Shown here piece by piece: positions 1 through 9,232 of a stretch of DNA of 64,000 nt; the first letter of the stretch is position 1, and the number at the start of each line of letters is the position of its first letter. A program made the translations under genes and the position numbers. This stretch comes from Thermodesulfobacteriota bacterium. Its GTDB lineage: Bacteria > Desulfobacterota_D > UBA1144 > Nemesobacterales > UBA2774. The stretch covers positions 1,888,001-1,952,000 of the forward strand of contig OZ244991.1 in NCBI GenBank assembly GCA_965223335.1, in the 5' to 3' direction. The notes below the pieces were generated by a model. The model did no database searches and was not told the DNA's origin. It saw only the letters and a list, made by a program, of their open reading frames with translations.

Positions 1-567
1 AACATGGATCTCGGCGTCTAATTTGGGTGCGATATCGAGTGCTGTGAGAAATGATGAGTCGATCTCTTCGGCGATATCCAGGGGCACAAGCAGTTTTTTA
101 AGCCTGTGGTTTTTTTTCTCCCAGTCTCCTTTCACCGCGAGTACCGGTACACCTGATTGTTGGAGGACTTTGATCGTGGTGCTGCCTAGGAAAATGCTGT
201 CTATTAGGCTATGGCCTCTTTTTCCTATCACTATGAGGTCAACCTTTTGTTTGTTTGCGTACTCAACTATCTTATCGGCCGGGATGCCTTTTAGGATTAC
301 CCAATCGAACTCTATGCCGTCTTGCAATAGTTCATCTTTAAGAGCAATCATCGAGTTGCTGGCATTGGTTTCTACACTGTTTTTCCAATCTTCGAGATCG
401 ATGTCTGATTCTCGCATCGACTGCAGCAACAGGTCCACAGGCAGGGGGATGACATGGAGGCCCTTAATGCTTGAGTTAAATGCCTTGGCAATATATGTAG
501 AATATTTTAATGCACGCTCTGCTTCATCTGAACCGTCTGTTGCCCAAAGTATCGATTTGATGTCCAT
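1..567 (-). CDS. Universal stress protein (tandem UspA domains), truncated by window start
   Basis: Not in ORF track; my translation from ATG at 567 gives MDIKSILWATDGSDEAERALKY...KGIPADKIVEYANKQKVDLIVIGKRGHS...FLGSTTIKVLQQSGVPVLAV, then a second domain starting KKLLVPLD; SD-like GAGG upstream. Confidence 0.92.
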   Translation of the reverse strand, partial: MDIKSILWATDGSDEAERALKYSTYIAKAFNSSIKGLHVIPLPVDLLLQSMRESDIDLEDWKNSVETNASNSMIALKDELLQDGIEFDWVILKGIPADKIVEYANKQKVDLIVIGKRGHSLIDSIFLGSTTIKVLQQSGVPVLAVKGDWEKKNHRLKKLLVPLDIAEEIDSSFLTALDIAPKLDAEIHV

Positions 568-748
568 TAACCCGCCTCTTTAAATTCAGATTATGTGTTT
601 AGCCGTATACGATTGTTGCAGTATTGTACACGATACACTATAAGATATTATTGTGTAGATTCATATTATTCAAATCAGTTGTATTTGTATACACTATATG
701 GCTGTTGCGTGATGATGCGGTCGCTATATCCCGTCAAAGGAGGTTGTT

Positions 749-991
749 ATGTCTGATTACGGCTCGCTCTATGAAATTGACAGCACCTATAATGCCGAGA
801 GGGATGCGTACGAGGTTTCGATAGGGTATTTGGAGAAGGATAAAGATGTGCCGGGACGCATTATGAGTGTGAGGGTTATAGTGAATGTGGCTAATAAAAA
901 AGATAGTAAAAAAAAGGTTTTGACAACTGCTCTAAGAAAGGCAAAGAAGATATTGGCATCAGCCTCTAAGGCAGAGTTTGATGACGAGTAA
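749..991 (+). CDS. Small hypothetical protein (80 aa)
   Basis: SD GGAGG 5 nt before ATG; fills the gap; natural-looking composition; no family recognised. Confidence 0.7.
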   Translation: MSDYGSLYEIDSTYNAERDAYEVSIGYLEKDKDVPGRIMSVRVIVNVANKKDSKKKVLTTALRKAKKILASASKAEFDDE

Positions 992-1012
992 AAAGGTTTA
1001 ACTCCCTATATA

Positions 1013-2008
1013 TTAACATGATGCAAGTTCTTCTAGGTCTTGCAGTTTTGTGGGTTCCCCGAGCGCAATTAACGTATCGCCGTCTTCTAATTTGGTATTA
1101 GATGTGGGATTAAACTGCATGGACCCTCCCGCCTTTTTGATAGCGACAATAATCACACCGAGCTTGTGTCCTATAGCGCACTGATCTAGCGTTTGATCGT
1201 GGAGCTTGGAGGTTTGGTTGACGACTATCTCTTCTAGCTGTAGTTCTAAGTTGCCGCTTTTAGTCGCAAACTCGATGAAGTCCACAACCGCGGGCTTGAC
1301 TATGGTGTTGGCAATGCGGATACCGCCTGTATGATAGGGGGATACAACGTTATCGGCGCCTGCGCGCTTTAACTTGCTTTCGGAGCCCTCATCGCTTGCG
1401 CGTGTTACTATGTGTAGGTCGGGGTTTAGTTCCCTGGCGCTTAGCACCAGGAACAGGTTCTCGGCATCTGTGGGGAGCACCGCTATAATTCCTTTGGCCC
1501 TGTCTATGCCGGCCTTCTTTAGCATATCGTCGCTATTGGCGTTACCCCCTACAATGAGTGTATCTTCCGAGTTGGGTATAGTGGGTGGATCGACCTCTAT
1601 TACTACAAAGCGTGTGCCTTTTGCCTTTAACTCGCGCCCAATGATACGGCCCATTCTGCCGTAACCGCAGATAATGTAATGATCCTTCATGTCATGTATT
1701 TTTTTCTCCATTCTCTTTCTCCCGATGATTTCTTGGAGTTCCCCCTCTATTATTATCCTAGCCTCTGTGCCTAGTATATAGAGGATTATTCCCACTCCGA
1801 CAATAATAAGCACTATGGTGAATATCTGCCCTGTATCGCTTAGGGGATAGACCTCGCCATAGCCTACGGTCGTGATCGAGATAACAGTCATGAAGAGGGA
1901 GTCTATGAAGTTCCAGCCCTCTATATACATGTAGCCGACCACGCCTACTGCATGTATAAACAGAATTAAAAATACTGATAGTAACAGTTTTTTTCTGATA
2001 ACTCTCAC
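1013..2008 (-). CDS. Potassium channel, 2TM pore plus RCK_N/RCK_C (TrkA) domains, MthK-like
   Basis: Selectivity filter TTVGYG, GYGRMG Rossmann motif, C-terminal TrkA-C domain. Confidence 0.93.
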   Translation of the reverse strand: MRVIRKKLLLSVFLILFIHAVGVVGYMYIEGWNFIDSLFMTVISITTVGYGEVYPLSDTGQIFTIVLIIVGVGIILYILGTEARIIIEGELQEIIGRKRMEKKIHDMKDHYIICGYGRMGRIIGRELKAKGTRFVVIEVDPPTIPNSEDTLIVGGNANSDDMLKKAGIDRAKGIIAVLPTDAENLFLVLSARELNPDLHIVTRASDEGSESKLKRAGADNVVSPYHTGGIRIANTIVKPAVVDFIEFATKSGNLELQLEEIVVNQTSKLHDQTLDQCAIGHKLGVIIVAIKKAGGSMQFNPTSNTKLEDGDTLIALGEPTKLQDLEELASC

Positions 2009-2120
2009 TCCCTCAAACAGTAGAAGGGTAAGACTATTTTACATCATTTATTTAAGAGGGTGGAGACAAAAGGCCTTAGAACTATCATTATTCTTTAACA
2101 TTTGTACAATAAATAGGAGT

Positions 2121-3164
2121 ATGGAGAGTCCGAGCATGAGAGCAATGGTATTACACAAAATCACCGATCTCGGCCAAAACCGGTCACCGCTTGTTTTGAA
2201 GGAGATCGCAAAACCCGGGGTTTCAGACAGAGAGATATTGATCAAGGTAAATGCATGCGGGGTGTGTCATACCGAGATCGATGAGATAGAGGGTAGAACT
2301 TCTCCCCGGTCTCTTCCCATGGTCCTGGGGCACCAGATAGCGGGTGTTGTGGAGTGCACCGGTAATAAAGCGGCCAAGTTTAATGAGGGCCAGAGGGTAG
2401 GGGTGGGGTGGATAAACTCATCTTGCGGGCAATGTAGGTTTTGTAAAGAGGGCAATGACAACCTGTGCGAGGGGTTTAGTGCCACGGGCCGCGACGCCCA
2501 GGGCGGTTATGCGGAGTATATGACCGTAGATGAGGACTATGCGTTTTTGCTGCCCGATAGGTACACGGACGCTCAGGCTGCGCCACTTTTGTGTGCGGGG
2601 GCAATAGGCTATAGGTCGATAAGATTGGCAGGAATCAAAAACGGCGAGCCCATTGGGCTTATGGGATTTGGGGCCTCGGGCCACCTTATGATGAAGATGC
2701 TCGGCAACACATACCCGGACTCAGAGGTCTATGTATTTGCGCGAAACCCCGATGAACGGGAGTTTGCGTTAGAGCTAGGTGCAGCGTGGGCAGGGGATAC
2801 AGAGGACACATCACCCAAGAAACTGAGCTCTATAATAGACACCACACCTGTGTGGAAGCCAGTTGTGGAGGGGCTTGGGAACTTGGAGAGAGGGGGAAGG
2901 CTTGTAATTAACGCGATCAGGAAAGAGGAAGTAGATAAAGATTATCTGCTCGGAATCGACTATGCCCGGCACATTTGGATGGAAAAAGAGATAAAGAGTG
3001 TGGCCAATGTGACCAGAGCGGATCTGAGAGAATTTTTAGAGTTAGCTGACAGTTATGATTTAACCCCGGAGGTGCAAACTTTTCCCTTAGAGGACGCCAA
3101 CAAAGCTATTTGTGAGCTCAAGTCCGGCAAGATAAGAGGTGCAAAAGTACTAATTATGGATTAG
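2121..3164 (+). CDS. Zinc-dependent alcohol dehydrogenase (MDR family)
   Basis: CGVCHTE, GHQ, structural Zn CGQCRFC...C, GFGASG nucleotide-binding motif. Confidence 0.92.
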   Translation: MESPSMRAMVLHKITDLGQNRSPLVLKEIAKPGVSDREILIKVNACGVCHTEIDEIEGRTSPRSLPMVLGHQIAGVVECTGNKAAKFNEGQRVGVGWINSSCGQCRFCKEGNDNLCEGFSATGRDAQGGYAEYMTVDEDYAFLLPDRYTDAQAAPLLCAGAIGYRSIRLAGIKNGEPIGLMGFGASGHLMMKMLGNTYPDSEVYVFARNPDEREFALELGAAWAGDTEDTSPKKLSSIIDTTPVWKPVVEGLGNLERGGRLVINAIRKEEVDKDYLLGIDYARHIWMEKEIKSVANVTRADLREFLELADSYDLTPEVQTFPLEDANKAICELKSGKIRGAKVLIMD

Positions 3165-3187
3165 AGAAGCTTGTTCATATGCTCTAG

Positions 3188-4492
3188 TTAGCCGAACGGA
3201 TCGTCTAGTTCGGGGTGCCATAATTTGAAATGATCCTTATGTAAATCTGTATATGCCCCCTCATGATAATGCTTATCGTAGAAATCTAAGTCCAGGTGGT
3301 GGGCCTGGAACACAAGCCTTGCGAACATGGGGTCTAGGAATGCGGGGAACCTGCCGTAGTTCTCGTGTACATAGGCGCAGAAATCCTTCACAATCTGTAT
3401 GCGTTCTTCTTTGGGATGATATTCGTCTTCCAATATGCCCCGAGGGTCTTGGTAGGGGTAAGGGTTTTGCTCGTCCCAAAACAATCCGCGCTGCTCGAGG
3501 AATTTGTCCACAGCCTGGTCCATGTTGTTTACATAGGGCGGGCAAAGTGCCTCGAAAACCCCGTCTCTGCCGACCGGTACGGGGGCTTTTGTGCTCCGTA
3601 AACTGTTCTCCGGTGTAACGAACCTAAAACCAAGACCCTTGTACTCTGGGTTAACCCCTAGAGCATAGTGCGGGAGGAGACCTGTAAACGCCCATCCCCC
3701 GAGCCCTAGGGTCTGGAGTGCCAGGTTCATGTTCTGACATATAAAGGCCTGCTCGACATTTAGGGTGGTAAGCACCCTAAGCTCGAGGTCGAATAATGAC
3801 ATCTGGACGTCGTTGTGTATATATCCTTTTTTGATCCATTTATCGAGCCCGCAGGACCGCCCGCCGTTTAGCTCATCCACTATGTTAAAGCCGTACTTGG
3901 ACCCGAAATAGATAAACAGCAGAACCATGTACTCAATGGTTGTGTTGGTGACGGGTACAAAAAAAGTCGTGCCCGGTTGGTTTGCGTTCCACGAGTTGAA
4001 ATCGAAGAGCCCCGGTTCGCCTTTGGGCAGGTCGGCCCTCGAGTCCTCGAGCTTTATTAATGAGTTTCTAAAAAGCTCTTTTATCCTCTCGAGTTTTTCC
4101 TCATCGGATTTTCCCTGGAATAGAGAGGTCTCGCCCGGAGGGGGCATTTGATCGTGTAGTTTGACCATGTAGAGCCCGCTGTCGTTGGTGTAGAAGAGCT
4201 CTGTGGAATGGGAGTTGCACGAGCAGGGCCAGCTGCGCCCGGTCCATTGGAAGAGCCAGGAGATGCCAGTGCGGGGCAGGTCGCCCAGTGAGAGCCCCGT
4301 CATCCCGGTCCCAGCCCAGATCAAAAACGCCTCTTCGAGCTCGCTGAGCGGGACGGGTTTGTGTCTGGACTTATGCTTAAGTGTGCCGTCTTTTATCTCC
4401 ATACCCAGACCGAACCGTCTTGAGCGCCGGGTAAACACAGCATCCATAAACCCGAAGTTAAGGGCTTCGTCTAGGCCTTTCGGTATAGTCAT
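3188..4492 (-). CDS. Uncharacterised large nitroreductase-fold protein
   Basis: N-terminal FMN-phosphate motif RRSRRF and the later QNMNLALQTLGLGGW helix typical of the superfamily; start moved to ATG 4492 behind SD AGAGGAG. Confidence 0.7.
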   Translation of the reverse strand: MTIPKGLDEALNFGFMDAVFTRRSRRFGLGMEIKDGTLKHKSRHKPVPLSELEEAFLIWAGTGMTGLSLGDLPRTGISWLFQWTGRSWPCSCNSHSTELFYTNDSGLYMVKLHDQMPPPGETSLFQGKSDEEKLERIKELFRNSLIKLEDSRADLPKGEPGLFDFNSWNANQPGTTFFVPVTNTTIEYMVLLFIYFGSKYGFNIVDELNGGRSCGLDKWIKKGYIHNDVQMSLFDLELRVLTTLNVEQAFICQNMNLALQTLGLGGWAFTGLLPHYALGVNPEYKGLGFRFVTPENSLRSTKAPVPVGRDGVFEALCPPYVNNMDQAVDKFLEQRGLFWDEQNPYPYQDPRGILEDEYHPKEERIQIVKDFCAYVHENYGRFPAFLDPMFARLVFQAHHLDLDFYDKHYHEGAYTDLHKDHFKLWHPELDDPFG

Positions 4493-4642
4493 CAGATTCT
4501 CCTCTGCTTGGTAATTCGGTGGTAAATGCAAGTCTAATTAAGTGTGGGAAATCTTTCAAATTCATATTGGGCGCTACTATCGGCGGTTGTGTGCGAAGCT
4601 ATGTTTGATATGGGGGTAGTGGGGAAGAGACGGCGGGATCTG

Positions 4643-5092
4643 TTATGAATCTTTAGACCTGCAATCGCTGCAAACGCCATCTAGGAGGACCGAATAGCCT
4701 TTAACCTTGTATCCACCTACCATCTTGTCGGAAAGGTCGATAGAGGTCATTAGTTCTTCGTATACGTCCTCTACCTTTTTGCAATGGCTGCAAACGATGT
4801 GGTGGTGGGGCTCGACATTGGCGTCGTAACGCGCTGCGTTGTAGAGCACGTTTACAACAGAGATAAGTCCCAGTTTCTCAAAGGTCTCAAGGGTTCTGTA
4901 AACCGTTGTAAGAGATATGTTGGGGTAATAGTCTTTAATCTTTTTATATATGGTTTCGGTGCTTGGGTGCTGATCGGTGCTTGCGAGTTCTCTGTATATA
5001 GCTATGCGTTGAGGCGTGACTTTGAGTCCTAGCTCTTTACTGTGCACAATAAAATCACTAACGCGTTTTTCAATTAAATGTTGTTCCATCAT
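4643..5092 (-). CDS. perR: Fur-family regulator, PerR-like
   Basis: TPQR, HPS, ISLTTVYRTL, RYD...HHHIVCSHCKKVED and C-terminal CSDC; ligand set matches PerR H37/D85/H91/H93/D104. Confidence 0.8.
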   Translation of the reverse strand: MMEQHLIEKRVSDFIVHSKELGLKVTPQRIAIYRELASTDQHPSTETIYKKIKDYYPNISLTTVYRTLETFEKLGLISVVNVLYNAARYDANVEPHHHIVCSHCKKVEDVYEELMTSIDLSDKMVGGYKVKGYSVLLDGVCSDCRSKDS

Positions 5093-5224
5093 AATGGGTT
5101 ACTCGCTTATATTCTATATTATTCTGAGCCAAATTTCTACCCTCCCTAACGGTGTGTATCTTGTTTTTAAATGCTGTTTTATCTCTTTCTGTAAACTTTT
5201 CGTGTTCTCTGTTAATTTAATAGC

Positions 5225-5854
5225 ATGTCTACGATGGATGAGATCAGACGGCATAGGGTGTTTGCCGTTATAAGGGCCGATAGTAAATCCCGGGCTGTGG
5301 AGTGTGCAAGGGCTTGTGTGGAGGGCGGGATCAGGCTTGTTGAGATCACTTTTTCTTTTCCCGGGGCCCATCATGTTATGGAAGAGATATCGCATGAGAG
5401 CGGGGTAACCGTAGCGGCCGGTACGGTGCTTAACACCGAGATGGCAATAAGTGCTTTTGAGGCGGGGGTGCGTGTAATTGTGTCTCCCCACACCGACGCC
5501 GGACTCATTCGATTTACAAAAGAGCGTGGTTTGGTCTCTGTGGCGGGAGCACTCACATCCTCTGAGATTGTGAATGCGTTTAATATAGGGGCCGATATAG
5601 TAAAGGTTTTTCCCGTAAAATATGTCGGGGGCCCGGCCTATATAAAAGCGCTTAAAGAGCCTTTGCCCGAGATCGATGTGATGGTTACGGGAGGGGTCGG
5701 CAGAGATAACATAGTAGACTACCTCGATGCGGGTACGACGTGCATTGGACTGTCGACTGTGCTGCTGGGAGCCAAAAACGACCTCTCACCTGATCAGATT
5801 CGAGACAGGGCCAAAAACATTACACAAATCGTGAGGTCCTATAAAAACAGTTAG
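5225..5854 (+). CDS. eda: KDPG/KHG aldolase
   Basis: AVIR, VEIT, AGTVL, IVSP, Schiff-base VKVFP, TGGV motifs. Confidence 0.88.
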   Translation: MSTMDEIRRHRVFAVIRADSKSRAVECARACVEGGIRLVEITFSFPGAHHVMEEISHESGVTVAAGTVLNTEMAISAFEAGVRVIVSPHTDAGLIRFTKERGLVSVAGALTSSEIVNAFNIGADIVKVFPVKYVGGPAYIKALKEPLPEIDVMVTGGVGRDNIVDYLDAGTTCIGLSTVLLGAKNDLSPDQIRDRAKNITQIVRSYKNS

Positions 5855-5937
5855 TCCTCTCTTTTTATTTACCCCCCTCTCTCCTTGTTCGCCCCCCATT
5901 CCTTATTCCCCCCCCCCTCTACCCCGGTCAATCCCTC
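5855..5937. repeat. Pyrimidine-rich low-complexity tract with C6, C6, C10, C4 and C3 runs
   Basis: C runs at 5872-5877, 5892-5897, 5908-5917, 5922-5925 and 5933-5935. Confidence 0.9.
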
Positions 5938-6008
5938 GACTGAAACCATATCTACCAATAGAGGTTTAATAGAACATAGGAGTTAACCGGATCCAGGAGG
6001 TGGTAGTA

Positions 6009-7424
6009 ATGTTAAAACAAACAATAGCACTAGTAGCAATAATCATATCAATTGTTTTTGGCGGTTTTATATCGTACGGACCCCAAGCCTATGCGGCCCA
6101 TGACTATTATGAATTGGATAATTTTTATGAGCCACTTACACCTTATGGAGAGTGGGTATCTATGGAACCATATGGCAGTGTTTGGTACCCGACACAGGTA
6201 GGCCCGCAGTGGAAGCCATATACCTATGGGAAATGGGCATGGTCAGATAGTGGCTGGCTTTGGGTCTCGTATGAACCATGGGGCTGGGCTACGTATCATT
6301 ATGGCAGATGGATAATGGACAGCTACTATGGATGGGTGTGGATACCGGGGAATGTGTGGGGCCCGGCCTGGGTAGAGTGGTACGACAGCCCGGGCTATGT
6401 GGGATGGTCGCCGCTTGCACTCACACCTCGTTTTTATATCGAAATCGGCCTTAATATAGGCCACTACAACAAATATAGACATAGGCACCATCACCATCAC
6501 AAACACCATCATCATAAACACCGTAAGCACAAAAAGCACCGCTACTACAACGACGGCTACTACTACGGATCTAAGTATGCGAAAAAGAACATTGTATATG
6601 TACCTAAGGACAAGTTCGCCGGTTCAAATGTAAAGCTTGTGTCGGTCCCCGATAAGCATAATTTTACGGTCCTACGAAATAGCCGTAGGCACCATAATAA
6701 AAACCATCATTATTACAAGCACGGGCCTAAAAAAAGGGCGGTGGAAGGTTTTAGTAAACACCGCGTGGACAAGGTGCGTGTAGTGGACAGTAAGCCCAGG
6801 CGTGTGAGAGGGAAATACCGCGCTAACTATATCAAGGGCGATAACTATTACCTGTACAAACCGAAGGTAAAGAGGTTTGATCGAAGCCGTGACTACAAGC
6901 CCTACGACGGTAACAGGAAAGAAAAAAGGCAAAGAGATGTAGAGCGTCATCACACTAAATTTGAGAACCCGAGAAGGATTGAGAAACACGGTAGGTATAA
7001 GGACACTCAAAGGACAAAAACCGGTTTTGATCGAAGTTCAATGCCACGGGAGTACAAGAGATATAAGCCCGAGCGGAGAGATTACAAGCCCCATGGCTAT
7101 AAGCAACATAAGCCGAGAAAACAGTCCGATCATAGAATCCGAAACGAGAGAGTGCGGAATGAGAGCTATCAAAAGGATAGGGAGCATAAGTACAGATCGG
7201 ATAGAAAGAAATATGACAAAGCAGCTGAATATAGGTCAGAGAAAAGGGATTACAAAACTAAGTATAAGAAGCGTGATTATGACGGCGAGAGATATAACAA
7301 ATATTACGATAAACCCTCATACAAATACTCTAAATCCGACCGGTATCAGGTAAAGAACGGCAACTCGTTTAACCCCGACAATCACAAAAGAAAAAGACGT
7401 AAACACCGCAGAAGCAAGCATTAA
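6009..7424 (+). CDS. Secreted DUF6600-type Trp/Tyr-rich domain protein with His/Lys/Arg/Tyr-rich disordered tail
   Basis: Signal peptide ending AYA-A; LTPYGEW...WKPYTYGKW...EPWGWATYHYGRW...WVWIPG...WGPAWV...VGWSPL; SD AGGAGG before ATG 6009. Confidence 0.85.
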   Translation: MLKQTIALVAIIISIVFGGFISYGPQAYAAHDYYELDNFYEPLTPYGEWVSMEPYGSVWYPTQVGPQWKPYTYGKWAWSDSGWLWVSYEPWGWATYHYGRWIMDSYYGWVWIPGNVWGPAWVEWYDSPGYVGWSPLALTPRFYIEIGLNIGHYNKYRHRHHHHHKHHHHKHRKHKKHRYYNDGYYYGSKYAKKNIVYVPKDKFAGSNVKLVSVPDKHNFTVLRNSRRHHNKNHHYYKHGPKKRAVEGFSKHRVDKVRVVDSKPRRVRGKYRANYIKGDNYYLYKPKVKRFDRSRDYKPYDGNRKEKRQRDVERHHTKFENPRRIEKHGRYKDTQRTKTGFDRSSMPREYKRYKPERRDYKPHGYKQHKPRKQSDHRIRNERVRNESYQKDREHKYRSDRKKYDKAAEYRSEKRDYKTKYKKRDYDGERYNKYYDKPSYKYSKSDRYQVKNGNSFNPDNHKRKRRKHRRSKH

Positions 7425-7505
7425 ATAAATAGAACAAGTGAAAATTCATCTGACATTTCTTTCCTCTTTGTTATTTTTTGTTGATGAATCAGGCACCCTA
7501 TAGCT

Positions 7506-7892
7506 ATGTGTGGCATAAAAGATAGGGGCCTGATTCATGTTACTGATATAGATGAGTTTATTGCCGATTTGTTTATGGGTGTAAACGGGGGCAACGCCGG
7601 AGTAATTAGTCTTTCTCTCACCAGTCAAGATAGCCAAGGCAACCTGGCTTGGGTGAGTCTCGAGTCGGATGAAACCATAGAAGCTGAGGGAGTGGATTTT
7701 GAACTCTCACCAAGTGAGTTGAGGGATAAAGATATGGATATGGTAAATAGCTCTAAGTTATTAAATAAGACCGTATACACATCATCCGCACACGAATTCT
7801 TTGACTACCTATTGCAGGAGTACAAAACGGTCGAGTGCCTTTTGGATTTCGACGGCTCGGCTTGGAGAATTAAAATACTAGACTTACGGTAA
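7506..7892 (+). CDS. Hypothetical acidic protein
   Basis: 128-aa ORF fills the gap; no family recognised; start uncertain. Confidence 0.6.
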   Translation: MCGIKDRGLIHVTDIDEFIADLFMGVNGGNAGVISLSLTSQDSQGNLAWVSLESDETIEAEGVDFELSPSELRDKDMDMVNSSKLLNKTVYTSSAHEFFDYLLQEYKTVECLLDFDGSAWRIKILDLR

Positions 7893-7923
7893 CAGTGCTC
7901 AAGTCTATAACCCTTTATGCCTA

Positions 7924-9003
7924 TCAATCAAACTGGTTTATTACCTTGTAGTAAGTATCTCTTTGAGCGGGGTTAAATCCCGCACTTCTGATCATGTGGA
8001 CAAGCTCGTCGATGTTTGCCCTGAGTTTATTCTCGGCACAGCCCAGTACGTTTTCGTCATATAACGTACCGCCAAGGTCGCTGGCTCCGTAGTGCATGGA
8101 GATCGTACCGATCTTTTTGCCCTGGGTGAACCAAGAGCCCTGGAGGTGAGTGAAATTGTCGAGATATATGCGTGAGACTGCAAGCACCCTAAGATACCTG
8201 TCGCCGCTTACCTCGTGAGGGAGTTTCCTCTCGAGGAAAGTGTTTTTGGGTTTGAATGTCCATGGTATAAAGGCCAGAAAACCCTCTGTCTCGTCCTGTA
8301 GGTCGCGTACCCTCTTTAGGTGTTCTACGATGTCGGCATCGTTCTCGAAGTGGCCGAACATCATTGTTGCGGTGGTTCTAAACCCGATTAGGTGAGCCTC
8401 GCGTGTGATCTGCATCCAGGTGTCGGCGTCTATCTTGAGCGGGCTCATCTTCTTGCGCACTTTGTTGGTAAGTACCTCGGCCCCTCCGCCGGGGATAGTG
8501 CGGAGCCCCGCATCCCACAGTTTTGTAAGCACTTCTCTTGTAGACAGGCCCTCGTACTTAGCGATGGCTCCGATCTCGGGGGCAGAGAATGCGTGGAGAT
8601 GGAGGTTTGGGATCTCTTCACGTGTGCGTCTAACTATTTCCAAGTAGTATTCGAGGTCTAAGTTCGGGTTGTGACCCCCTTGCAGGAGCACAGTTGTGGC
8701 GCCGTTATGGTACGAAGTTCTCATAATCTCTATGACCTTATCCACACTCATAGTGTAGGCGTCTGGGGCATCGTCGGGCCGCCAAAAGGCGCAGAATAGA
8801 CACTCGGTGTCGCAAACATTGGTGTAGTTGGGGTTTGTGTCGGCTACAAAGGTGACTATGCCCTCGGGATGGTGCCTTCTTCTAATGCTGTCTGCAACCG
8901 CACCCAATTGAAGTGTGGGGGCACTGCCCAACAAATAGACTGCCTCGTCTTCGTTGATTCGCTTTTCTGTCAATGCTTTTTCGTAGATTTTATCTAGATC
9001 CAT
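7924..9003 (-). CDS. mqnC: Cyclic dehypoxanthine futalosine synthase (radical SAM, CofH/MqnC family)
   Basis: NYTNVCDTECLFCAF, LLQGGHNP, PGGGAE, TTATMMFGH, FLAFIPW. Confidence 0.87.
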   Translation of the reverse strand: MDLDKIYEKALTEKRINEDEAVYLLGSAPTLQLGAVADSIRRRHHPEGIVTFVADTNPNYTNVCDTECLFCAFWRPDDAPDAYTMSVDKVIEIMRTSYHNGATTVLLQGGHNPNLDLEYYLEIVRRTREEIPNLHLHAFSAPEIGAIAKYEGLSTREVLTKLWDAGLRTIPGGGAEVLTNKVRKKMSPLKIDADTWMQITREAHLIGFRTTATMMFGHFENDADIVEHLKRVRDLQDETEGFLAFIPWTFKPKNTFLERKLPHEVSGDRYLRVLAVSRIYLDNFTHLQGSWFTQGKKIGTISMHYGASDLGGTLYDENVLGCAENKLRANIDELVHMIRSAGFNPAQRDTYYKVINQFD

Positions 9004-9232
9004 AAATATAAATTCAACCCTATCGATATCTGTGTGTCAATCTCGTAAAAGGTTTGTCATTATACGAGCAGATGGTAGTTTATATCATAGTTGAAAGTCA
9101 TATACGAGGTTCCTTGGGATTTAGTTATTATTACTTGAATAATTTTTTGAGCCGGTGTCCGTTGTCTGCGTAAGGTATGAATAGATTCGACACACTACCA
9201 GCCATAAATCTGTGATTTAGATCCGGATAGTT

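Noticed and set aside
23..583. 186-aa plus-strand ORF in the track
   Set aside because: Antisense shadow of the minus-strand USP gene
5093..5224. Per/Fur box upstream of perR
   Set aside because: Only a weak half-site in AT-rich DNA
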